A stretch of DNA of 63,830 bases, counting the filler, from Thraustochytrium aureum (taxonomy: Eukaryota): the NCBI GenBank assembly GCA_012862495.1. It is 5 parts of 3 records of this genome, joined end to end, with 100 filler letters (N's around TTAATTAATTAA, not from the genome) between each part and the next. Parts side by side here need not be neighbours in the genome. Positions count along the whole stretch, not along the records: positions 9,520 to 35,917 come from BLSG01000034.1; positions 36,018 to 59,598 come from BLSG01000034.1; 3 more parts are not named here. The stretch is one strand, 5' to 3'. The translations under genes and the position numbers were made by a program. Position 1 is the stretch's first letter. Every line of letters starts with the position of its first letter. A model generated the notes under the pieces. The model ran no database searches, had not been told where the DNA came from, and was given only the letters and a program-made list of their open reading frames with translations. Shown one piece after another: positions 31,146-41,385 of this stretch.

Positions 31146-31913
31146 CTAAACTTTTGTTTTTGGATTTTTTTTCTCTTTTTTCGCCCATTTTCGGCGCTGC
31201 GCGCAGCAAATCACCTTGGCAATGTTGGCATGCGCGAAGGGTCGCCCACCATTTCAAACCTGCCAGTGCCCAACGTTTGTCCCGTCACAGCCCTCCCGCC
31301 CTCCCTCGACTCTCCTTGCGTCGCCCTGAATGACGCAGACCCAACGAGCCTCAAGTTCACCTTGCACACGGGCGCGGACTCGGAGAGACGCAGAGACTGG
31401 TGGGTCCGCAGAGAGTGGTGTGGGCTGTGCTACGTCAACCCAGCCGCGTCAACCCAGGCCGTTTCAGGGCGGCTCATACCGGTAGCGCGTTCTCTTGGAC
31501 CAAGGCCGCATTCTCTGGCGCAAGACCCGCCGCGACTTCGAGGTAAGTACTGAGTACTCTACCCTTACTCTACCCCAACTGTGTCGCTCTCCGGAACAGC
31601 CTGCCTCCCCTTCGAGATCGAGGCCTCTGGTGGCTGGGTTTTGTTTCGCCAAGAGGCTGCGTGGTGCAACTGTTTCGATCTGAGGGTGATCGTGAGCAAG
31701 CTTATCGCGGTCGTTTCAGGCTGACATCTTTCGTTGTCCGACATTTGGTTGAGATTGCGGTTCCTCTAGCTAGTTCGGGACCGGTCGGGGGTCTCTTTTA
31801 GCGCGCCGCTTACTGCTGCTGTCGCGCCCAAAGCTGTGCCGTTCTTAAGGCAGCCCAGTCTCCAGATAGAACCTTCTCCGTAGCAAACCCAGGAGCGCCA
31901 TGGACCATCAAGC

Positions 31914-34900
31914 CTAGTCGATCTTGGTCGGCTGCGTCGTTATCGCGCGGCCCATGTCAAAATATATGATGAGCACGCCTTGCGCGATGCCCAGGGAAAG
32001 CGCCGATGCGAACGGGAGATTGTGCGGGATTGCGCCAAAAATGTTGGCGAGAATCCAAGCAGGAAAGCAACCAAGCACAAATCCAAGCACAAACCCGAAG
32101 CATGCGCCGCCAATAACAACCAAAAGCACAGACCCCGCTGACTTTGGCGACAGGATGTGCAGCTTGCGCATACGATACGCGAAGAAAATCGACGCCACGG
32201 CGTACCAAAGGCAGACAGTGTAGCAAGTAAAGCTGACGATCCTTTGCCAGAGCTTGATTAGTTCTGGCACGGGAACCTGGATGTACGTTTGCACGTCTTC
32301 GTAGCACTGGTTGAACTGCTCTATGAGCACGCTGAGTTGCGCGGAGGCGTTGGTGTTTACATGCACGTCGAGCATTGGGCGGGTTGTCTCGTTCAGCGCC
32401 GAATAAGCCTCCACAAACTCGGCCGAGACGCCATACAGCTTGAGAAGCTGCTGGCTTTGGTATATAAGTGGCACCGTGCACTCTGCGTTGCGTGTAAACC
32501 CGCTCGTCCCGCCGTAAGAGACGTTGACCCAATTGAAAGCGACAACCTGATCCGGGTCCACATTTGAAGGCAATCCCTCGCGCAACTTGCCCTCCCCGCG
32601 CCAAACGCAAAACGTCTCATCCTCGGGCTGCACGGGTGCCTCTCCGTCGGATTCATCAGCCGACCCGTCGCCCGTACCACTGGTTGGAGATCCCGCACCG
32701 GAGTCCGCGCTCTTGCTTCCGCTGCCCAGCTGGTTGTTCGAGGCAGAGGAGCCGCCCGAAAGCGGCGGGGAAGTCGTCCCGTCCTCATTGTAATCGTTTC
32801 GATTGTTGGGATCGCGGTCTGGCGAGAACCTGACACGGCGGCACTGCGCCGCATCGTGCCAGACTTTGCCAGCGTCGATACCGCCGGCGCAACGCTTCAT
32901 GTTGGCATCGAGCTCTTGGAGAGCCTGCAGCTTGACTCGGTCGATCCCGAGCTCGTCCAGAATCACATTGTCGCGGAAGGTCTCGTTGACCACGCACGGC
33001 GAGTTGTCGCTTGCTTCATCGAGCACAAACTCGGTCACGTTGCTCTGCGTCAGATTGCCGGTGCCCTGCAGGACAGTTTCGACCATGACCTGGGCGAGCG
33101 TGCCCTGCAGCAGCGCAGAATCTGCGACCGCAAGTTGCGGCACGTCAGCGGTCAGGGTCTCGAGCTCCTCTGGGGAAAACATCCCTGCGATCTCTTTCGC
33201 GGAAAATGTCACACTCCACGCGCGCCCAGCGAGGACAGTGACCACGCTCGCATTGGTCTCGGTGCCTGGTTCCAAGGGGCGCCACTCGAGGTCGCCTTCC
33301 ACGAGAGCAAACTCGCGCACGACATCAGAGCGCGACACGGACACGCCGCTTGGAGCAATGCTGCTTAACTCGAGCAGCGCCGCCCGCATCTCCTCCGCGC
33401 TCGCGTCAAAGGGAATTGGCCGGGTGAACTGTATGGTGTGGTTGTCGAAAACGACTTGCCCGGCAAGGTTGGCGTTTGGGTCTGCAACGCCCCCTGCCAG
33501 CGGTAGAGCTTCAAAGTCGCTCACGTTCCCCATGTATCCTGCAAAAGCGAGGCGAAACGAGCCAGAAACGGGGGCGACCCCCGGCGACATTGCTGCAACG
33601 TGCACCGTCCAGCCAAGCTCGTCCAGGACCGAAAACCTCAACAGATCAAGCGTGTTGACCGGATTGTGAAGCGACACGACCCACGTCATTTCGTTGAGAG
33701 CATTTGCTGGTGCCTCCACCGTCACGTTGGGTTGCAGACCGGGGTACTTTAAGCTGACATAGTCGGCAAAATCTGGCCCAGAAGCGTGAGCGCTGAGCCC
33801 AGATTCGGACGGAATCCATACAGGCGGGGCGCAGATATGTGCAGAGACGCCAGGGATCGAGCTCGGTACAACGACCGCTCCGAACGGGGTGGCGAGTTCC
33901 AACCAGGGACTTTCGAGGTCAACCGCAACAACCTGGTACACGCTGCCAGCGATCTTGACAAACGCCCCAGGCCCTACAAAGTCTTGCGAGCGCATGGGCA
34001 GGGCAATGCTGGGGGGCAACAAGTCGAACTCGACCCTCGTGCTGTTGAACTCCGGGAAAGCGCGACCTGGTAGCGCACGGGAAAACCGACACATGTCCAT
34101 CTGAAAGGTTCCGAGGATTTTGGGCGCCTTCACCAAGCTTTCGGTGCGCAAGGTTGTGAATGGCACGTCAAACTCTTCGCAGCCCTTGCACTCGAGGCCG
34201 ACAGGAGCACCCTTGTATTTTGGCAAAAGCAAGAACTCTCCGTGCTCGTACTCTTGGACCAGGGCAGCAAACGTGATGTCCCACGAGCGCCAAGGGGCCA
34301 GCCCGCTCAGCGCATCAATAGCCCCAGAGCCCTCCATTTCCGGGAAACTGTCAGACACCCCGGTGCCCGTGGGGTCCTCCGCAAAGTCCTCGGCAAGGTC
34401 CTCGGTAGACGCGACGGTAACAGCCACATAAGAAAGAGCTTGCGAGCCCGAGGATATCAGGGCCAGCAGAGCATCTCGCACTTCGTCCGAAGTTGCGTTG
34501 AAACTCAAGCGACGAGTCTCGCGGTCGTTGATGGCTGAAGTGAGCGGGTCCATGCTCTTGTATACCAAGATGAACTCTCCAGCTCGAACCTCAGCGTTGC
34601 TCCATATCGTCACCCGCTGCTGGTTGTGCCTATGACGCGTAAGCATGATCGACTTCATCGACGGTGGCCACTCGTCTTCTTTGGGAGCACCCGAAATGTG
34701 CTCGATGTGAAAACGCCCGAGACTAAGCTCTTGAGCTTGCGCGCTCGAGCCATCAAATTTTATCTCCCACGAAGTGGGGCGATTCGTGCTTGTTCGAGAC
34801 GTCACGGACACGCTAAAGCCGCTGTTCAAGGTGCCCAGTTTGGTGAGCGCGTTCCGGATATCGGCGGCACCTGCGTTGACAGCAATCGCTTCGGTTTCTC

Positions 34901-35603
34901 TGCCACTGTAGACCAGACGGAATCTCGAGGCTGCCAAATCAATCGAGTCTACGTTGCGAGACAAGAGCGACAGCGTGACGATGCGGTCGTCAAACTCTGT
35001 AGCGCGCAGCTCCACAAACTGCAATTGTGGCTCTGGAGCGACCTCCTGAAAAACTGAGACAGTTTGCACTTCGTCCTCGAACCCGGGTCGAGTTTTGGAC
35101 AGATTGGTGGGGTTCCACACGCACGCTTGCTGCGCGTTGCAAGTCACGTTGTCGCGTGTCGTTGCGCACTGCCGTGCAAAGGTCTCGGTTGCCTCGAAGA
35201 GACGCGGGAAGGACCCAACAAGAGATTCCAAGTACCCGCGCAGCAGCTCGAGCGGGGGCGTGTAGCACGAGCCGTCCTTTTGCGCAGTTAAGCATTTTTG
35301 TTCCGCTGTGTACGCGCACGGCACATCGAGCCCATCCAGGCAGAGCTCCAGGTCGTCAGAGGCTGTGCCGTTTTCAGAGCCCATGAGCCCGCTGGCGATA
35401 AGCCACTCCTGTGACGGCTCGCACGAGCTGTTGAAGTTGTTTCGGTTCTCCAGGACGTTGCGGTACCAGTCACAACCGACCACTTGTAGTTTCCCCTTTG
35501 CCGGGGCGCCGACGCGCTGGCAGGTGCTTTCGTCATTGACCACAGCTGCGTGGCCAAGAGCCCCAACAAACGCCAGCAACGTGCAAGCCCTCCAGCGCGC
35601 CAT
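31914..35603 (-). CDS. Large signal-peptide surface protein with beta-rich repeats and a C-terminal 3-TM TMEM170-like domain
   Basis: Signal peptide from 35603. At least three F.L.Y/F...T..I...A.A..IR.AL..L...V.V...W.ITF repeats and a hydrophobic C-terminus. Confidence 0.8.
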   Translation of the reverse strand: MARWRACTLLAFVGALGHAAVVNDESTCQRVGAPAKGKLQVVGCDWYRNVLENRNNFNSSCEPSQEWLIASGLMGSENGTASDDLELCLDGLDVPCAYTAEQKCLTAQKDGSCYTPPLELLRGYLESLVGSFPRLFEATETFARQCATTRDNVTCNAQQACVWNPTNLSKTRPGFEDEVQTVSVFQEVAPEPQLQFVELRATEFDDRIVTLSLLSRNVDSIDLAASRFRLVYSGRETEAIAVNAGAADIRNALTKLGTLNSGFSVSVTSRTSTNRPTSWEIKFDGSSAQAQELSLGRFHIEHISGAPKEDEWPPSMKSIMLTRHRHNQQRVTIWSNAEVRAGEFILVYKSMDPLTSAINDRETRRLSFNATSDEVRDALLALISSGSQALSYVAVTVASTEDLAEDFAEDPTGTGVSDSFPEMEGSGAIDALSGLAPWRSWDITFAALVQEYEHGEFLLLPKYKGAPVGLECKGCEEFDVPFTTLRTESLVKAPKILGTFQMDMCRFSRALPGRAFPEFNSTRVEFDLLPPSIALPMRSQDFVGPGAFVKIAGSVYQVVAVDLESPWLELATPFGAVVVPSSIPGVSAHICAPPVWIPSESGLSAHASGPDFADYVSLKYPGLQPNVTVEAPANALNEMTWVVSLHNPVNTLDLLRFSVLDELGWTVHVAAMSPGVAPVSGSFRLAFAGYMGNVSDFEALPLAGGVADPNANLAGQVVFDNHTIQFTRPIPFDASAEEMRAALLELSSIAPSGVSVSRSDVVREFALVEGDLEWRPLEPGTETNASVVTVLAGRAWSVTFSAKEIAGMFSPEELETLTADVPQLAVADSALLQGTLAQVMVETVLQGTGNLTQSNVTEFVLDEASDNSPCVVNETFRDNVILDELGIDRVKLQALQELDANMKRCAGGIDAGKVWHDAAQCRRVRFSPDRDPNNRNDYNEDGTTSPPLSGGSSASNNQLGSGSKSADSGAGSPTSGTGDGSADESDGEAPVQPEDETFCVWRGEGKLREGLPSNVDPDQVVAFNWVNVSYGGTSGFTRNAECTVPLIYQSQQLLKLYGVSAEFVEAYSALNETTRPMLDVHVNTNASAQLSVLIEQFNQCYEDVQTYIQVPVPELIKLWQRIVSFTCYTVCLWYAVASIFFAYRMRKLHILSPKSAGSVLLVVIGGACFGFVLGFVLGCFPAWILANIFGAIPHNLPFASALSLGIAQGVLIIYFDMGRAITTQPTKID

Positions 35604-35917
35604 GGCGCTGCCCCCCCAAGCGGTGCGCGCCTTGCAGTCTTTCACGTTTCCCCGCCCGCTCCGGGACGGCAGCGCTCTTGCAGATGCTGCTGCCACTAGG
35701 ACTCTTGTGCCCTGGCCCAACGGACGGCTGCAGTAATTCCGGTAGCTACAAGCGCTCGCCGCACTTCGTTGTTGCGCCCTGGCCCGCGTGCCCGAGTCTG
35801 CGCTGCGCGATTGCTCCGCCCGAGTTCAGAAGTGAGAACATTTACCGAACCGAGCCAGGTTTGCCTCGAAACACCCTCTTTTGGGCTCTGCGTCAGTTGA
35901 AATTGGAGACTGGTCAG

Positions 35918-36017
35918 NNNNNNNNNNNNNNNNNNNNNNNNNNNNNNNNNNNNNNNNNNNNTTAATTAATTAANNNNNNNNNNNNNNNNNNNNNNNNNNN
36001 NNNNNNNNNNNNNNNNN
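35918..36017. other. Artificial scaffold linker
   Basis: 44 N + TTAATTAATTAA + 44 N. Confidence 0.97.
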
Positions 36018-36529
36018 GAATCGTGTCGTAAAGCCCAGAGCCGTCGAAAAACGGCACGGACCATCAGATCGACACGACCAATGCTTGACTTTGGCGAGAG
36101 CGAGCCCCGTTGGTTGGGAGCCAGCCGGACGCGTCCGCACGGGAAGAGGTACGTCTGGCCACGGAGAAGGAGAATTGTGTCGTTGGTTGCAACGTGGCGC
36201 GTCTCGAGCGCGAGCTGCGACTCGTTGAGGATATCGCGAACCTTTTTGCAGAAGGGAAGCACCTTGTCGCGGACAAGGATGCATTCGTTCCCAACGGGGA
36301 TGTCCAGACTGGCTGGCTGAATAAAGGCGAGAAGCTCTGCTTGAGAGACTGCGCAAGACTGGAAGGCGCCATTCTTCACAAGTGCACCCAGTTCCGCGTC
36401 GACCAGTGCGACCGTTTGCGTAGCGTCGGGCAACGCCTGCTGGCCTGCAGAGCTTGTCCCTGTTGCGCTGCTGGCAGCGCCGGCGGAGCAAGGTGCCTCC
36501 TCCCCCTGTTGCGGCGCGGTGACACGCAT
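36018..36529 (-). CDS. dcd: Bacterial-type dCTP deaminase (DCD family), N-terminal part
   Basis: IQPASLD..G, VLP, G.TY and SPKSSIGRVD..VR. Removing one T from the T5 run near 36050 restores VFDGSGLYDTI. Confidence 0.75.
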
Positions 36530-36998
36530 CTCCCTCCTCCCACCCTGTTGGTAAGCCCGCGTCGAACGATCCACCTGCAGCGTAAAGCCGTGAAGCGTGT
36601 TCGCTCGAGTTCAAGCACGAGCTGTCCCGTGAGCTGTCTCGCGCGTGGAGCTGTCTCGCGCGTGGAGCTCCTGGTTGGCGAGCTGGTTTCTCGCTTGCCC
36701 AGATTTTTGAATTGGTCGGACAAAAGTAGTATGCATACTCGACCGGTTCGGGTCGGGCTTGAGATAGCCTACCGGCAGAGTAAGTAAGTGAGTACCGGTA
36801 CTCAACTGAGTACTGGTTCTGTGATTGACAAGGAGTTTCAGATTCGAGATCGGGCCGGCTCGGTTTATTTGATTGAAAACTGCGCTATGCGACGGGCGGC
36901 GCCGGAAAACTCCACCCCAGCCCACAGCTCCATTTCAACGGGTCGTTCGGCTTCCGCCGGGCTTGATGGTCACCTGTGTTTTGCCCAAGCTCGAGATT

Positions 36999-38003
36999 TC
37001 AAATCGTGAGCTGGCTGCCGTGCGGTGCCCCGTTCACCTCAACGCTGAGGGTACTGTCCTCGAGTCCAGTGCCAGTCGTGTCTCCCGCGGCAAGCTCCTG
37101 CGAAGGAATCGAGGCGTCTTTGGAAGGCAGAGCTCCAGTCTCGACATCTACCTTGGTCACCGTCGCGTCAGCCTGAAACGCAGCGGAAGGATCGTGCACT
37201 ACGGTTACGCAGTTCGATGGCGCATCGTCGTTCAGGGCGGCTTGGTACGGCTTGAGCCAAGTGTGGAATGCAGCTGCGAGGGCCGCGCCAACAAAAGGGC
37301 CAACCCAGTAGATCCAAGAGCTTGACCTCCAAGTGCTCGTGCCGGCGATCGAGCACACAACGGCAGGCCCAAATGTACGCGCAGGGTTTATTCCACATCC
37401 TGTGAACGGCACAAGCACGACATGCGCGAGAAAAACGGAGAGTCCAATTGCAAGTGGAGCCATGCTTGGCGTGCCAGCAGCAAGGTTGCCGCGATGCTTG
37501 ACGGTCATTAGAACAGTCGTGCAAAGAAGCAGCGTGCCCATCATCTCGAGAAGGAAGCCGTTGCCGGCGCCAAGTGCTGAGTTGAGCTCGTTCGCTCCGA
37601 GGTTGAAGGGCGGGTTGCCAACAAACCTTACCAGGGTGTTGTTGCCGCGGTTTGACATTTCCGAAGTACTGCCGTACAGGAGGCCGCTGCCGATCACCGC
37701 ACCGATGAGCTGCGCCGCAAAGTAAGCCAAGCCCCGGGAGACATCGCACTCGCGGACAAGGACGAGTGCAAACGTCACGGCAGGGTTGATGTGACCTCCG
37801 CTCACGTGGCCGATAGCATACACAAGCACGACGATCGAGATACCAAACGCCATTGAGATAGGCATGATCGAGGGTACGCCACGGGCATTGACAGGGCCAG
37901 AAGCGAGAAACTCGCCCGTCGCTAGCACAGATCCTGTCCCGATGTACACAAAGATTGCCATCGCGATCATCTCCACCAGCGCGCTTCGGAGGAGCTCATT
38001 CAT
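36999..38003 (-). CDS. Aquaporin (MIP family)
   Basis: SGGHINPAVT and GCGINPARTFGP motifs, six TM helices, WIYWVGP. Confidence 0.96.
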   Translation of the reverse strand: MNELLRSALVEMIAMAIFVYIGTGSVLATGEFLASGPVNARGVPSIMPISMAFGISIVVLVYAIGHVSGGHINPAVTFALVLVRECDVSRGLAYFAAQLIGAVIGSGLLYGSTSEMSNRGNNTLVRFVGNPPFNLGANELNSALGAGNGFLLEMMGTLLLCTTVLMTVKHRGNLAAGTPSMAPLAIGLSVFLAHVVLVPFTGCGINPARTFGPAVVCSIAGTSTWRSSSWIYWVGPFVGAALAAAFHTWLKPYQAALNDDAPSNCVTVVHDPSAAFQADATVTKVDVETGALPSKDASIPSQELAAGDTTGTGLEDSTLSVEVNGAPHGSQLTI

Positions 38004-39264
38004 CTTGGCTGTGAACGGCCTGATGCACGGCGCAAGTAGGTTGCTTGTCTTCCGCGCGAGCGAGCTCGTTGGTGTTTGTGGTTGGGGGGGGAGAGCTCTG
38101 CTTGGTCGCAGTCGTGTCGAGTTGCTGGTCTGCTCCTCCTTGGTCGCGGATTGCAGCCGTGTTGAAGAATTGGTGCTGCTGTGCTGCACCAGCCGCGTTG
38201 GGCTTTACATCTGACCGTACCGGTACTCCAGCTCTTAGCTAGTAGAGAGACGGCGCACTCCAGACCACAAGCAGCTGCATCTGCTTGATTGCCAAGCGGA
38301 ACTCTGTCTGCTCCACCCACTTTCCTCCTCCTCCTCCTTCGAGGCAGGCGAGACAGGACAGACTCGGACCAGCCCGGCTCCGTCAAGCAATCGACGACGG
38401 GAGTGTCGCCTTGCAAGTTGCAATCGCGCATCTGGTGTGCGAAAGACCGCCCGATCGCAGAAAAAAGGTGCGACCCGACCCCTGGAGAGAAGGTATAGCA
38501 AGGGAGAGTAATACCTTGCAGCCTCCTTGGAGCGGCAAACGGGCATCGACCTGGCCTGCCTCGAGCTCCGTGTCAGTGCGCCGGCCAGTGATACTGTTTT
38601 GACTCCAGAATTCCTCGCGCGAATCCGTTTCAGAAAACTGTCTGTCGATCGGGCGATCGGTTGACCGGGCAATCGGGCGACCGAACACCACTCCGACTCT
38701 ACCAACGCGGGACAGTTTCATCGAGATCCCTCTGGCGAGCGCGGATCCGTTGGGGTCCGAAAACTGCGACGCGAGACGGCTGGCTGGCTGGCGCGTGGTT
38801 TGCTTGCGCTGCGCGGTCGTGGATTGTTTCTTCGAAAGAAACAGCAGAGCTGCTGAGAGCCGGACAGAGCATTTCCTCGCTGCACTTCACCAAGCAATCG
38901 CGATAGGCCTCCTACATCGTAAAGACTTGGCGCGGATTCGGCTTCGCCGCCGCGCCCTGACCCGCGCAGACGTAGTTTACTTGTAAGCCATGTGGATGTT
39001 GGCACCGGCGAACATGGAACGCAGCAGGGGGCCCTAACTCGGTTGGTGAACCCTAACCCGCCCTCTGCTGGGCTGAGCGTCGCGCGTCTCACTCAGCAAC
39101 AGCAGCAGAGGCAGAGAAGCACAGGCGGCCAACACTCGGGCACCATAGCACCACACAGCAAGCTCGGAGGCAAGCTCGCAACGGAGCAGGGCAGGTACGC
39201 AGCGAGGCGGGGGGGGCGGGAGCGCTGCGAGTTACGTCGCTAGAAGATCACGACGGCAAGCCAA

Positions 39265-40776
39265 ATGATGCGATGGAGCGCGCGGGCTGCGCGCTCAGCG
39301 CTCGCCCAGAGCAGCCGCGGCGCTCGCTCTGAGCCACGCAAGCTGCAGAAGCGGGGCATGGCAGACGCTCCGCCCGTGACGCGGGTGTTCGGGGGCCTTG
39401 CGGATCAGGACCGTATCTTCCAAAACCTCTACGGCGAGCACGACTGGTCGGTCGAGGACGCCATGAAGCGCGGCGACTGGTACCGTACCAAGGACCTGAT
39501 CTGCATGGGCCCCGACTGGATTGTGCAAGAGATTAAGGACTCTGGGCTGCGCGGACGCGGCGGAGCAGGGTTTCCTTCTGGGCTCAAGTGGAGCTTCATG
39601 CCCAAAAAGTCCGACGGCCGTCCGAGCATCCTCCTCATCAACGCCGACGAGTCCGAGCCTGGGACCTGCAAGGACCGCGAGATCATGCGCAAGGAGCCTC
39701 ACAAGCTCGTGGAAGGCTGCCTAGTGGCGGGCTTTGCCATGCGTGCCCGGTGCGCGTACATCTACATTCGGGGCGAGTTCTTCAATGAGGCCATCGTCCT
39801 CGAGAAGGCCATCCACGAGGCTTACGAGAAGGGATTTCTCGGGAAGAACGCCTGCGGGTCCGGCTATGACTTTGACGTCTACCTTCACCGCGGCGCCGGC
39901 GCCTACATTTGCGGCGAGGAAACAGCCACCATTGAGAGTCTCGAGGGGCGCCCTGGCAAGCCGCGCCTCAAACCCCCGTTCCCCGCCAACGTGGGCCTTT
40001 TCGGGGCGCCAACCACCGTTACGAACGTGGAGACCATTGCCGTGTCGCCTACCATCCTGCGCCGCGGCGCCTCTTGGTTCAACTCCCTCGGCCGCAAGAA
40101 CAACCACGGCACCAAGCTGTTTTGCATCTCTGGCCATGTCAACAACCCCATCACTGTCGAGGAGGAAATGAGCATTCCGCTGCGCGACCTCATCGAAATC
40201 CACTGCGGCGGTGTGCGCGGTGGGTGGGACAACTTGCAGGCCATCATCCCCGGCGGTTCGTCGGTCCCCATCCTCACCAAAGCGCAGTCGGAAACCGTCT
40301 TGATGGACTTTGACGACCTCAAGGCGCAAGGAAGCGGTCTTGGAACTGCCGCTGTAACCGTTTTTGACAAGTCCATGGACATGGTTGCTGGTATTCGCCG
40401 CCTCGCTCACTTTTACCAGCACGAGTCCTGCGGCCAGTGCTCGCCCTGCCGCGAGGGCACGACGTGGCTCGAGGACATCCTCAAGCGGATCGAGCGCGGC
40501 AGCGCGGATGCTCTGGAGGTGGACATGCTCGAGGAGATTTCGCGTCAGATTGAGGGCCATACCATTTGTGCGCTCGGCGACGCTGCTGCCTGGCCCGTGC
40601 AAGGCCTTATCAAGCAATACCGCGAGCACATGATGGAGCGCGCCGAGGCTGGGCCGGAGAACGCCGACCGCATCGCCCAAGAGACCTTTCAGCGTTCGTG
40701 GACTGGGGCGCCCCTCTCCAACGCCGAGTGGATCGCCGAGCACGGCGAGGGAACCACGTACAAGGCGGCGCACTGA
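39265..40776 (+). CDS. NDUFV1: NADH:ubiquinone oxidoreductase 51-kDa flavoprotein subunit, mitochondrial
   Basis: Arg-rich presequence, [37 protein letters not shown] and [12 protein letters not shown]. Confidence 0.98.
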   Translation: MMRWSARAARSALAQSSRGARSEPRKLQKRGMADAPPVTRVFGGLADQDRIFQNLYGEHDWSVEDAMKRGDWYRTKDLICMGPDWIVQEIKDSGLRGRGGAGFPSGLKWSFMPKKSDGRPSILLINADESEPGTCKDREIMRKEPHKLVEGCLVAGFAMRARCAYIYIRGEFFNEAIVLEKAIHEAYEKGFLGKNACGSGYDFDVYLHRGAGAYICGEETATIESLEGRPGKPRLKPPFPANVGLFGAPTTVTNVETIAVSPTILRRGASWFNSLGRKNNHGTKLFCISGHVNNPITVEEEMSIPLRDLIEIHCGGVRGGWDNLQAIIPGGSSVPILTKAQSETVLMDFDDLKAQGSGLGTAAVTVFDKSMDMVAGIRRLAHFYQHESCGQCSPCREGTTWLEDILKRIERGSADALEVDMLEEISRQIEGHTICALGDAAAWPVQGLIKQYREHMMERAEAGPENADRIAQETFQRSWTGAPLSNAEWIAEHGEGTTYKAAH

Positions 40777-41385
40777 GGCGTGTCAGTGGAGCTGCGTCGT
40801 TGACCCAAAAGGTAATAAAAAGTGAGCACGTACTGCAGGCCTGCCGCCTGCCGTTGTTCAGGAGCAGCTGCGGCGCCGGTAGTGCGCGATTTAGCGGACG
40901 GGTTCGGGCGAGCGGACGTCGACGTTTCCTCCACCACCACACGCGCAAATTGATTTTCTTCTTCTTTCCGGTCATCATCACAATCTGCCCTCTCCCTTCC
41001 TTCCAACCTACAACCTGTAGCGTACTTACGTGGTGGGATCTCGGCTCGCAGGTTGGTTGCTTGGATTGGCGGCGGTGGGCGGTCCTGCGAGCGAGGCAGT
41101 GGCACTTCTGGCAGGGCGAGGGCGGCGGCAAATGCAGAATCAGGCGTCACTGTCGAAACCCCGAGTGACGCGCGTTTTTCGCTTTCGGTTTGCCAGCGGC
41201 CTCACACGAGAAACCAAAACGGGAGACGAACCGCTGCCACCGACCCGAGGGGGGCCGCTGTCCAGCCCAGCTGGCATCAGAGCTGGCATCAGAGCTGGCG
41301 AGGAGCTCGGCGCGAAAGCAAGGCTCGCTAGGTGGTGACAACTTGGACGAGGAGGGCCTGGCCCACCCTGCTGGCTTGCCGCAGA

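Noticed and set aside
36040..36056. Programmed frameshift in the dCTP deaminase
   Set aside because: A single extra T in a homopolymer near a scaffold end is more simply a sequencing indel.
39721..40773. Long antisense ORFs (opposite NDUFV1, A32, PRP16 and others)
   Set aside because: Shadow frames expected from high GC3 codon bias; no independent motifs.
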